53,782 nucleotides of DNA from Chromera velia (taxonomy: Eukaryota), in contig JAHBMJ010000214.1 in the NCBI GenBank assembly GCA_018398765.1, positions 1-53,782 on the forward strand, given 5' to 3'. Below are positions 24,626 to 36,447 of the stretch, one piece after another (within the stretch, counting starts at the first letter, position 1; the number at the start of each line of letters is the position of its first letter). The notes under the pieces are model-generated. The model searched no databases and was not told the origin of the DNA. It saw nothing but the letters and a program-made list of their open reading frames with translations. A program made the position numbers and the translations under genes.

Positions 24626-27600
24626 TTAACAAAGATTAATTATAAAACTATTCCTTCAATTAGGACCAGGAAATCGTTTTCAAACCACAGATGAACTAAT
24701 AATTTCATATGGCGTAAAGCCCGACGAAGATTCTCTCTGTAGATTATGGAGATGAGGCACAGTAGCTTTTATTTTAAACTTTTGAAGTTTTTTTCAAAAG
24801 AGCTGTGTATAGATATACTTCACTAATTCTTTATTTAAATAAATATTTTTTAAAATATGGTTTAATGAAGCACGGTAGGGAGCCACCCGGACAGTATCAT
24901 AGATACTACAGACGAGATTTGGCGCATAAGTCATACAATTGTTTACTAAGATATGTTTCTGTGTAATTAATTTGCGGGCTGCTAAAATAGACGGGGCAAA
25001 ACCGAGCCTATAAATTAAACTATCTAAACGAAGTTCTAATTTGGCTAATAATTTTAATTTAAAATTAGCTTTAACACTATCTCGGCGACGAAGGTAATTT
25101 TTTAATTGATGATCGGTTAGATTATAGTAAAATTGAATTTTTTGTTTTAACTTTAACCGATGCAGAAAAAGTTCTTTTAATTTTAACCCTCAACCTGTAT
25201 CATAAATTAACCGATAGGGAAAACAACTTAATCAGCGTAAAAATCCTAACGGATGAATTAATCCCCGCTTAAAATTAGAGTAAAAAACTAACAGTTTACA
25301 TTTTAACTGATATAATCCTTTAATCCCATTTCGTCAACGTCGTGTTTTCTCATCAGTATGTTGCCCAGGGAGCATAGGCACCCGAAAAGGGCTTGGTATA
25401 GAAGGTTGCTTTAACTTAAGGGAGGACAATTGATTATATTTATACATTTTAGCTCACAGTTGACTAATACTATGCCTGTAGATGTGATAAAATACTTGTA
25501 GCCAACGCCTCATTTTCTGCTCAATAAAAAAACTTGTCCCATTCAAAGGTTTTGACAACAACATCAAACTTTCGGGTTTTGCTGTTAGATGTAAAGGGGC
25601 AAGAAGATCTTTCATTTCATACATCATTGGTTTATTTTTGACAGTTAGTCTAGAAGCCGTTTGGTCTAGAATAGCTAAACGCTCTGCTAGCGGAGACTTC
25701 GTATTCACCACGGGGTAAACTTCCAACCGCGGTTGGGTTAGTGTCTCACAAGAAGGCCTCAAAACTAAATGGTGTACCGGACTCCGCTCTTTGGAAACAC
25801 GCCCATTTCCTACACTATCTAAAAATCTAAAATACCTGTACAAACGTAGATTCTGCTGCCTTTTATATTTAATTTTTTGTGAATTAAGTCAACGATAAAA
25901 AGTAATTTTTTCTTTACACACATAATTCCTTTTCGTCATCTTTATAAAACTAGGAAAAACCGAAATTCAAAGCCTTCGCCCCGGAAAAAACATGTTGCGA
26001 TAACTCAAGGAAGTTTCTGTTCTCGGCACTTTTAAAAGTTTACCAGGGCGCTTATACAATTTTGTACCATCTCTCCTCATTAAATCTCCTCAGACAATTC
26101 TAGACCTGTGTGATGGGCGCTTTGGGAGCCGTGGACGTTTAATCGGCACCTGAAAAATCCCTCGTATACTTCGAGCCCGGCCATGGTGATTTAGTCAGAA
26201 TCGGTTACAATAATATAAAATCAATTTAGCCTGTATTAAATTACGGCTGCGGCAAAATCGAAACTGCGAAGAAAGCTTAGGGATAGGTAGGTCTCAATTA
26301 TGGTATGTTGTTGGGGTCTCGAATTTGTTGAGTCTATAAAGATTCGTGTGGTTAAAATAGAATCTGGGTTCGACGACCTGAGATGAATTCGAAAGCATAT
26401 TTCGACCGGCCTCGAAAAGTAGACGACCTCCAGGAAAAAAGCCATCTTCTTTTCTTACGTAATTGAAAAAGGGTTCTGAATTAGAAAATATAAGTCGCTC
26501 CCGTCCGCATGTGTTAAGGTCGGAAAATTGAGCTATAAAAGTCTTCAAATGCTTGACTGTTCTTCGCAGCACTTGTGATCTTATGAGTGACCCATAGTTG
26601 CTTTCCGAGTTTTTAACTCTAAAAAAGACTTGGCGAGCTACTCGTGATACTTTGTTATTCTGTAACGTCAGATCTAAAACGCCAGAGGATATAAAATCAG
26701 AATTTAATGCATAAAATGTTTTTGCTTTTGCCTGGTAAAAATTGAAAGGAAACGATACTAAACCAATAAAACCACCTCGGTAACGAAATACATTATCAAA
26801 AGTTTTAGTGAGACGATTAACGCTACTCAATATTTTTCCGGATCCAAAGGTGGCAGGCACTCTCTCTATGCACGGAATTTGAAATTTAGTACCTCTGCCC
26901 AAAGACTTGACTCGGTATTTGTTAGCAAACCGAATCTTATTTCAGTAACTAAAAAAGGATAAATCCCGCGTTGTAATACCACCAACTTTTGTTTGGAACT
27001 CCGGTTTTTCTCTACTTTCACACAACGTTTTCTGCGTTTCTTTTCAAGTCTGCAATCAGGAAACTAAAAGTAGATCATCACACAATTGAGGACAAAGCCC
27101 CTGTTTTACTATTTGTAACTGCCAAGTTTTACTTCATAGGTGAGATCATTTCTTAATAAACAAATGTTTCATAAATAAATTAGTCCCTAAAGGTAAAAAA
27201 GGTAGTTGTCGATCCAAATTCTGTTTCTTGTATTTAGAAATACCATGTTGAAAAATGAGGTTTAAATCATGGGCTTTAGATTTACGAGCCGGGTAATGGC
27301 TAAACTTTCGCTGCCAGAAAAAAAACCATGGGCATTTCGGATAAACTTTAGTCTGAAGAGCTTGAAAAATCTTTTGTGGCGTTATTCGCGTTCGTTGAAT
27401 CGGCTTATACTCGACATCTACCATTAAAGTAACCTCTCGGGATAGCCGCTTTCATTTTTTTCACTTAGGTATATCAACCTCATCAAATCTATAATCATAG
27501 AGGGATTTATAAACCGGGTCATAAAGGAGCGTATTTTTATATCTTAAACCAAGATATAAGGATCGGTCAATATCTGCTCAAAAGTTATGTAAGAATTTTT

Positions 27601-30600
27601 GCGGTCGTCACGTTTGAACTCGTGAAGGAAATTCGGACCGTGCCAGTTGTAATAAGTTTGCGTTTGAAAGATGGACTAGGTTGTTTCATTTACGCTGACT
27701 GAGCACAGCAGGTTTACGCGGCGCTTTATACCATCAGTTGGGCATATAAATTTTAGGTCCTTCCAGTCAAAGACTTTTGTTTGTTATCTTTCGAAGAATA
27801 TTCTGAGGGATAGGTTTTCTTGGGTTGATCGGTCAGAAGCGATGAAATCATCAACGTTTCTGCCAAGCTTTATCATCCATTGAATTAACGACTGGTAGTT
27901 CATACATAACTCGAGGTGATATGTGTTTTCATGTTAATAAAGTACTAACATCGTTGGTCTTTCGCCTTACTCGTGAATCAAATCATTGCCCTTGAAATCT
28001 AGGTCCAGGCCAAATTTGGTTTTTACCTTTGATCTGCAACGCCAACGTCATATAGAGTGAATAAGGATCGAAAAGTAACCGGGGCTTATAAACTACCGCC
28101 GAATTCAAAGGTAAACTGGAATCTGCCTTATATGTACTATGAAATAGGATTGGTACAACTGAGGATTTTAACCTGTCCACTTTTCATAGGCTGGAAGTTT
28201 CTGCATCATAGAAATTACCCACTGACTTACGGATCAGGGATTCCCTAGAGTTCATCTTTCGCCTTTTGAAGCTACTCTTATTGGGATTGGTCCGTAATCT
28301 CAGTTTTTCATTTTGAGCAAATCAACTATTTGATTTTAGTATACTATCCAAGACTGGTTGTAAGGATTGAAGAAAACTGTGGAAAGCCTCAAGTCCGTTT
28401 GGAATATATTCTTCTCTCAAAACACAGCCAAGCCTTTTTTTGTTCTTATGCAAGTACTCACGACAGTATATGTCTTTACTATTAAATTTTTTTCAAGTCC
28501 AAAGGACTTTTTGAAGTTTAATAATTTCTCTCTTAACGTTCGGGGTGTAGAAAGATGAGTGCCCAAAACGGCTGGAAAGTCAGGATTTACGACGACTAAT
28601 TTCTCTTTTGACATCTTCCATTAAGTCGCTAATTACTTGGAACCTATGCCAAATATCTTCCATAGGTATAGTATGAGCTTTTAAATTGAAAGGCACAACA
28701 TATCGGTCAGTCATAGAGAATGGTAGTACAACGTGCTTATAAAGATCTATGAGGTAAGCTTTTTGGGGTTTCGATCAATTACGCCAAAATTTCTGAATGT
28801 CCTTAATTCTTCATTTCATAATTAGCTTGTCTTCCTTTTCAAGGAATGAATTCGCTCAGAGCTGTAAGGGACGAGAGTTTCATACTGATCTCTTAAACTT
28901 AGTAGTTTGAGGAGTTTCAAATTCTAATACTTGGTAGGGATAATTTACCGTGTTTCTCATTTGTTTTATGAAGCCTCCAAATCCATACTTCGATTTCTTA
29001 TTGTTAGATATAAATGAGGCAAGCGGAGGCTTATGTATTATTCTTCTTTTCTTTTGCGGTTTTTTGTCCATTTTAAGAAATTTCTTTTCATAGAACTCAC
29101 TCACTCGGTTAATTTTTTCCTGCACTTGCGCTCGAAGTCAATAAAATGAGCTATAGCGCACGTTTTTTCAGTTTTTATTATTTCAGACAGAACGAGCATA
29201 TAGTGATTTATAAAGACTACCTACTTTATGGCTATAATTTTTAAGCAAAGTTCCATAATTTTTTGATGCCGTATTCTTAAGCATTTCTGTATATTCAATA
29301 TTGAGCTCATTAATCTGATGTCCCGGCTTTAATCAATTTTTAGAAAACTTACGCTTCCAATTTTGTCGACGTTTGGAAAACGAACGCTTCAAATGCGTTC
29401 GTCGGTCGAGGACGTAATGATGTGAAGTTTTTGATCTTTTTTGTGGAGAACTATTGTAAGTGTGCAGTAATGTATAAAAAGATCCTACATTATAAATGTA
29501 GTTTTGAAATATTAATGCTTTAATAAGACCAGTCAGTTTTGTTAAAATAAGCCGTGCCATTAATTTCTTGTATAAACGAGGAGCTCTTAGTTTCAGTACT
29601 TTAGAGTTAGCATAGTAAGCCTTGAGTTTGTTAATTGACTGTCCAATACTGAATTTTGGCGAACTATTTATTAGGCATGTTTTTTGAGAGGCCCCGCGAT
29701 AAATTTTTCAGAGATTATACGCGGAAACATTTGCTTGTGAATTTACAAATGTATAATAACGAGGGAGTGTAGGAATATCACGATTGAGTTTCCGATCACA
29801 CATAAACCCATAATTTCTTCCTTTAAAATACTGCGCCGACTTTTTACTATCACATAAAAATTTCGGGAACTGCAGTGTTTGTTTCTTTATAGACCGAAGA
29901 GCAGCTTTTAAACGCTGAAATCTCTTAATCAACTTAATGAATCTTAGGGTTCGTGAGAAGATTATCTGACTCTGGAAAGTCCCCTTACATAGCATCCACT
30001 TTGCGATAGTTTGAGGTAGTATTCACTCGCGCGTATTGTACTTACGCTTGTATAAATATTTTGTAAAGTTGTTATAATTTCTTAAAATTAAAACAGCCTC
30101 CCTATCACCACAGAAGGACGACAAAGTTTGAGCTCCAAAAAATTCTAAATTGTTTGGACGAAGTGTAAAACTCATTAGGGAAGTTTTAACCGCGCTTAAA
30201 TGAATCGAGCGTCGTAAAACTTTAAATAGACGATATTTTATAACGTTATTGATAAAGCTCATTTTATTCGGAAATGTGTAATAACTTTCAAGACCTTGTG
30301 TTTTATGACATCAAGTCTGGGGGCGCAATAGTGGTCCCATAATCTCCTGACGACGTATAGGTGAAGTTTGAGGTAATCGCTTAGATCAAGGAACAGTAAT
30401 TTTTTTTAAAGCTTTTATATTACGTCTATAAATTCTTAACATTGTTAAGCATTCGGGAATGGAAAGTGTTTTTAATCGTTTCCATAGCGCTTGCCAGGCA
30501 AATCTATAATCATATCTTGTTGTAGAAGGGTAACTGTAGATTTTTCCTTGGGCATCGTCAAATGGGTCAGGTCCCACAGGTCCTATGTTAACGGCAATAT

Positions 30601-30844
30601 GACTTATGGAGTAACTACGCAAAACCCAGAAATAAGCTTGTATTCGTTCTCGAAGTTTGCGTATCCTAAGCTTTTCTGGTAAACGCTTAAAGGGAAATTG
30701 CTTTCAGTGTCTTACAACTTTGGGGGTACCTCCAGGTAATAAAGTAAGATGTAACTTTCGTAAAGTTTTTATTACACTTTTATAAGTGTTTTTAGAAGAT
30801 CTTCGGGCAAATTGTTTTTTCTTTACAAATTTTTTAGAGGGTAT
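24626..30844 (-). CDS. rps4: Giant ribosomal protein S4 (2072-aa frame, probable ATA start)
   Basis: N-terminal KTLRKLHLTLLPGGT (cf. RIVRRLG.LPGLT) near 30750. PGQH near 25365, then RLKLKQKIQFYYNL and LELRLDSLIYRLGFAPSILAARKLITQKHILVN. The intervening frame has no TAA/TAG. Confidence 0.88.
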
Positions 30845-31503
30845 ACTTTAATTTAGCTACGTAAAGTCTCTTAAGAAAACAATAAGTCGACAAACATACA
30901 ACAAACTTTGACCAACTTCTTGATTACAAGCGACTTCAAGTATTGCAAAAATGTCCCATTTTATTTTTAATGCTTTTTTCTACGTATTCAGCATGTAAGC
31001 TCTTAGAAAATGTTTTGTTGCTATCATTTCTTTTTTTAGCCATTTGTTTATAACTACTTTTTAAAAAAGATAATTTTCTTTCATTCAATTTTTGCTGAAC
31101 CTAACATGGATATTACCCCTTTTAAATAGACCTACAAGAAACCTCGCAATCAACTTTACATAATTATCAAGGTTTAAGAAGTAGCTTTACGTAAAGACGG
31201 GAAGTAAAATAAAATGGCCACTCACTACTACGGTTAAAGTAACTTCATATCTGTCCTCCCTCCTGTAACTCAGTCTACTTGGGTTGCAAACATAAACCTA
31301 CGAATCACAAACTGTTACGTTATCGACCAATTTATAAGAGCAAATTTAAGCTATAAGATTGACGCGATTGGTTGTTAAAAAGAGAAACAGCTAAACGTAG
31401 CTCTTCACTCGTTGAGTTCCGCCTTAATTGCTAAGTCAAAAAATTTTGCCTTTGATTAAATATCAGATACGCTCTAGTAATTGGCTAGTCAAAGGTTCGA
31501 CTA

Positions 31504-31740
31504 GGGAATGTGGTGAAATCGGTAAACACAACGGACTTTTCTTCCCAGCGAGATATTAGCACTCAAGCTTACGAACTAATAAAAACTAATGTAACACACG
31601 TGAGAGCGGCTTATCCCCGGAAGAGCAAGAGACTTAAAAGCTTTATACTACAAAATAGGCCTCCAAGTCCTTTTTATTTCGCACTTATGAAAATCCGTTG
31701 GCTTTTAAAAGCCTTGAGGATTCAAGTTCCTCCATTCCTA
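31504..31740 (+). tRNA. trnL: tRNA-Leu(UAA), exons 31504-31538 and 31690-31740
   Basis: GGGAATG/CATTCCT acceptor. ACGGA-CT T^AA AA-TCCGT anticodon arm is interrupted at the canonical U^AA site. Confidence 0.93.
31539..31689 (+). other. Degenerate group I intron of trnL(UAA), 151 nt
   Basis: Follows an exon U and ends in G. Remnants of the R (GCAAGAGACTT) and S (AAGTCC) core elements. Confidence 0.85.
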
Positions 31741-31766
31741 CATTTAGTTTCTTCAGCACATATAAA

Positions 31767-31840
31767 GCACTCTTAGTTTAAGTGGTGAAAACATAGATTT
31801 TCAAAATCTAGTATTAAGGGTTCGAGTCCTTTAGAGTGCG
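31767..31840 (+). tRNA. trnW: tRNA-Trp(UCA), UGA-decoding
   Basis: GCACTCT/AGAGTGC-G acceptor typical of plastid trnW. Perfect TAGAT-TT TCA AA-ATCTA anticodon arm. Ordinary 74-nt size, not tRNA-Sec-like. Confidence 0.92.
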
Positions 31841-31843
31841 TTA

Positions 31844-31916
31844 GGGAGTATAGCTTAGTTGGTAGAGTATAGCTTTTGCAAAGCTATGGTCCGGAGTTCA
31901 AATCTCCGTGCTTCCA
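31844..31916 (+). tRNA. trnA: tRNA-Ala(UGC)
   Basis: G3:U70 pair, TAGCT-TT TGC AA-AGCTA. Confidence 0.93.
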
Positions 31917-31934
31917 ACTCAAAGTATAAGGGCT

Positions 31935-32255
31935 ATGCACCTAAAAAGGGATCTTTTTCAACGCAAACTTTTCATGTTTAGCGGGGCTTCATGACCGTCT
32001 GTTAAACAACAAAAGAACAAATGTCTATATCATTTACCCGAGCCCTTAACAACACGCTAAGACCAAAAAAGAAGTGTTCGGCAGTAATGGCAAGTGCGAT
32101 GGAATTTCATCCTAGACAATAACTCTCGTCGTAAGTGGCCTGCTCATAATTTTTTAACATATTCCAAGTTCTTTTACATAATGAAAGTCATAGCTTTTAC
32201 AATGAATACTTTTCATTGAAGAATTTTTAATACGCGATTATTAGAGATTTTTTAG
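31935..32255 (+). pseudogene. rpl20: rpl20-like frame interrupted by two in-frame TAA
   Basis: MHLKR..FSGAS...VKQQKNKCLYH...R*DQKRSVRQ*WQVRWN...LTYSKFFYIMK is collinear with L20 (FRGAH, ANQQVMKAL, KKRDFRRLWITRIN, LNYSKFI). Stops at 32058 and 32085. Confidence 0.5.
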
Positions 32256-32623
32256 CTAAATCTTTAACGTCTGAGCAGCAGAAGCAAATTTTGCCTTAGG
32301 CCTTAAACTTCAAATAATATATGAGCATACAGTCTATGCTATAAAATTGGTGAGTAATAAAGGGAACAAAAAATTCTTGGAACTCCTGCTAAATTGTAAA
32401 CTTAAAAAATCGTAAGCCCTAAGCTTGAGCCTTAGTTAGCCAACATACGCGGTCTAAAGGTAAACTCTTATTTATATAGCATTCTAGAAACGCTTTTCTT
32501 TTGGCCATGTCGCTACATTCCAGACTCACTTTTTTCATTTGTATATTTACTCCACAACACTTTTACGCAATGAATCTGGACTAACTTATTAGATTTGAGA
32601 TGATGATTTGTAAAAACTTGTAG

Positions 32624-32696
32624 GGGTTCATCGTCTAATGGATTAGGACAGAAACCTTCTAAGTTTCTAATGTAGGTTCGATTCCTACTGAACTCA
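32624..32696 (+). tRNA. trnR: tRNA-Arg(UCU)
   Basis: GGGTTCA/TGAACTC acceptor, GAAAC-CT TCT AA-GTTTC. Confidence 0.94.
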
Positions 32697-33077
32697 GTTT
32701 CTAAAAAGTATAAGCCACAGAATAGAACGATGAAGTAGGTATCCTTCAACCGCCAATTCGCACATACAGTATAACGGCTTAGGGGGTAAGTTAGAACGTC
32801 CTGACTTTGGTATCAATTCCTATAGCTGGGCTTTCTTGGGCAATCGGACTATTGAACGTTAAGATCGTAACGACTGTTACTAAGTCATAGATATCCTAGT
32901 AACATATATCTTTTTGTCTTTTATTGAAAGCTGCCTACATTCACCTAACGTATTTCATGAGACCAAGCCTTTAGCGACTCTTAGGTCTACCCGTGGAAAA
33001 CTTTTAGCGACGACGAACCATGAGCCAAAATAGCTCGCGCGGGACCTGGGGAAACCTAAGTAAAACTAACTCAAGAA

Positions 33078-35585
33078 ATGAAATTAAAAACTATATTTGC
33101 TGCGCTGGAAGTCTATAAGTTGTTTTGACAAAATCTACCCAAAACCATCTTTACACATCTTTCTCTCAGATCTCCTAAACCAATGGTGTATCTTTCGACC
33201 AAAATAATTTTAAGTCAACTTAGCTATTATAGACACCTACTTAGACAAACTAGTAGGTATGATTTATACGAAACCCAATTACTGGGTAGTTTATATCTTT
33301 ACACTGGACAAATTTTAAATATGCAAACAGGTGAAGGGAAGACACTTACAGCAGTCTTACCATTATTATTACATGCAGAAATGAATCAAAGTACTCATAT
33401 GTTGACTACCAATGACTACTTAGCAAAACGTGATTTCAATTGATTTACAGAAATCATTAAAGTCCTACCTTTTACAACGGGCTTAATCTTGACAAGTACC
33501 TCCTTGAAAGGGAGGTATACTCAATACCTAAAAAATATAACGTACTTAAATAATACAGAAGTAGGATTCGATTTTTTAAGAGAATTGATTCAACTTAGTC
33601 CAGGTGGGGTGCGGTTACCATCTTTTTATTTTGGATTAGTCGATGAAGTTGATAGTGTATTGTTAGATAGTGCTAATACACCTATGCTTTTGAGTTCCGC
33701 CATATATTCACAGCACAAATCGAATAGTTTAACTGAAATTGTCATTGATGAGCTAGTTAAATTTTTCCGCTTTAGACAAGATTTTTTAGTGGATCTTACA
33801 ACCAAAGGAGTCTTTGTTACCAACTGTGGTTTAAGATTTATTGCAGCTTTTTTAAACTTAAGCCATCTTCCATCTTTTAAAACACTATTGCGACAAATTA
33901 TCGAGTTTGTACCTTTCTTAATTAATTCACTTAGAGCTCGTTTATTTTTTAAACGCTTAAAAGACTATTTAATCTTGAATAAGGGCTTACAAATAATAGA
34001 TAAACTAACCGGAAGAGTTCTTCCGGGAAGACGCTGAAATAAGGGTTTACATCAAGCCCTTGAAAGTAAAGAATGTTTGAAAATTAATCCTGAAACTATG
34101 ACTTTAGCCACTATAACCTACCAAAATTTATATAATTTATATCCTATCTTAAGTGGGATGACAGGTACGACGAGTGGTACCTACAAGGAATTCAGAGAAA
34201 TTTTCGGATTAGAAATAAAACAACTTCCCAACTTTAGAGCTTCATTCCGTACTTACAGCCAAACCCAAATCCTACAATCGGAGTTAACAAAATGACGATT
34301 AGTTGCTGTCAGTACAAAATTACAGAGTCTTCAATGTGGTATTCCAACTTTAATTATTACACCTACGATAGATAAATCAGATTTAGTTTCCGAACTCTTT
34401 CTTTATAACCGGCTTCCTCACCAGTTATTAAATGCAAAGCCGGGGTATGCCCGCTATGAACAAAAAATTCTTAATATTGCAGGTCGTAAAGCAAGTGTAA
34501 CACTCAGCACTCGAATGCTTAGTCGTGGAATTGATATTAATCTAGGGGGAGAAGCTGCTTATATGTTAAATCGAGAAAAAAGTTACCTGACTAATACTTA
34601 TCAGCCTAATAATATAGCTTTAATAATTTTCTGAAAAAATTATAAGTTAAAGGCTTTAAGCAAAGCAGGTTTTCAAAACTTATTACTGCGATCCTCTATC
34701 CAACTATGAAAAAAAAGCCCCTTACCTAAACTTCCAAGATTCTATTATGAACGTTATGCCGCAATTAGATTTACCTTACTTTTTAATAAATTTTATCTGT
34801 ATAAACTTTTACAAGAAGTTGAACTTCAAGCTTTATTAAAATCTAAGGGCTTATTTGTATTAAATACAGAGATTAGTGAAACTAAACGTATTGATGATCA
34901 AATCGCAGGACGCGGGGCAAGACAGGGGGCTCCTGGACTCTATCAACTTTTTTTAAGTTTAGATGACTATTTTATTAAAGAAAATATCTCCTCCAAACTG
35001 CAGGAGCTATTCCATTTTACACGTGGACGCCAGCCAATCTACCTTAATGAATCTGCTTTTAGTTCAGCCCAAATGTACATAAGTTCCACAAACGCTTTTA
35101 CACGCCAACAAAAATTTAATTGACAAATTAATTATAATAATTATGTAAAAGATCAACTTACAGCCTTTACTGCTTTAGAACAAATACCTTTTCCGTTTTG
35201 TGTTAACTTATCTCGTGAAAATACAAATTACCAAGGAAACGTGAGTAAACTTTTTGTCCGTGATCCCTCACAAAATGTTTTTTGAACGAGACGTAAATTC
35301 TGAATTCAATATGTAATTTTTACACTCTACCGAATAAATTGAGAAACCACTCATTTTCTCCGATATTTAGATATAAAAAAGCTCAAGCAGTACTGAAAAA
35401 CCCTAGCAGATTATTTTTTAATTTTATACGATCAGTTTGTTGAAAGTAATTTCATATATCAATTTAAAAGTCAAGAACTTTTATTATTATTGGTCGAATA
35501 TTTACATTTTTGACACTTATTTTTAAATGATTTATACAGGCAATATGCCCTTTTGATCTGGAAAGATTTCCACCTACTAGATTAG
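33078..35585 (+). CDS. secA: Preprotein translocase ATPase SecA (about 835 aa)
   Basis: [33 protein letters not shown](TGA)[38 protein letters not shown]. Confidence 0.95.
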
Positions 35586-35844
35586 TAAAAAGTTGCGATC
35601 TAAAGAATGGAGGCTTACGTGCCATAAATTTTTAGTGCAAAAAACGTGACTTCCGCAAGTAGTGATGTTGTCAAACTACCGGTGTCAAGCTTGGCTCAAA
35701 ATAGCATAGTGAATTGATCCAAGTGTACCACGCAAATCGTGATTAAAACGTATTAAGCTAGTCTAATTTCCTAATCACCTTATAAAAAAATAACCACTTA
35801 AAAAAATTTGAACTATATCCATAATATATAGTTACCTTGCAATA

Positions 35845-36025
35845 GTAAGCAAATTCCCTAACGACAAAAGAAAAAAGAAAGATACCGTGGAGACTGGCTT
35901 ACTAACTTTCTCCGTAACATGGTCATTTTTTGTTTCCTATGGTAAGCAAATTCCCTAACGATAAAAGAAAAAAGAAAGATACCGTGGAGACTGGCTTACT
36001 ACCTTTCTCCGTAACATGGTCATTT
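35845..36025. repeat. Direct repeat, 2 x 84 nt, period 97 nt, 2 mismatches
   Basis: 35845-35928 and 35942-36025 both read GTAAGCAAATTCCCTAACGA...CGTAACATGGTCATTT. Confidence 0.95.
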
Positions 36026-36080
36026 CAAAAGCCTCCTTTGTTAACTTTGTCTGTTTTACAAATAAAAAAGAAAACTAAAA

Positions 36081-36380
36081 ATCAGTGTTGCAAAAATCTC
36101 TAGAGCGAATAAAGCCAAAATTATTCACAACAAACATATAAATAAAACAAAGCACATAAAACAAAATCTTGCAATACAACCTTCATGAGGACATATGTAT
36201 CAAGCTTTTTGACTTTTACATAAGTCTCCTACAAATAAAAATGCTAATAAGAAGCAACGTCTTTGTCCCGGTTCAAACTATTCGCGTGCTTTTAATAGAT
36301 TTACCGGCTTATCTCGACATTATCTAAAAAAAATGATTCATACCCAAAACTTACCGGGTTTTCGTTTATCTTCTTGATAA
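36081..36380 (+). CDS. rps14: Ribosomal protein S14 (non-ATG start, approximate)
   Basis: SRAFNRFTGLSRHYLKKM....LPGFRLSSW*. The terminal Trp is TGA, followed directly by TAA. Absent from the ORF track. Confidence 0.9.
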
Positions 36381-36447
36381 ACACCAAATTCCTTTGAGCC
36401 ACTTAACAAAGATTGCTTAATTTTCATTAGGTTCGAAATTGATCCCA

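Noticed and set aside
15038..30844. rps4, rpoC2 and rps3 share one reading frame, suggesting a polyprotein
   Set aside because: Real stops separate them (TAA 24626 plus a following TAG; TAA 18122), rpoC2 and rps3 have their own ATG, and sharing a frame has about 1-in-9 chance.
30920..31043. Short minus ORF MAKKRND...NTWSRL resembling rps19
   Set aside because: Only TWSR matches and the frame ends after 39 aa.
31767..31840. UCA tRNA as selenocysteine tRNA
   Set aside because: Standard length, 7-bp acceptor stem, short variable loop and a trnW-like body.
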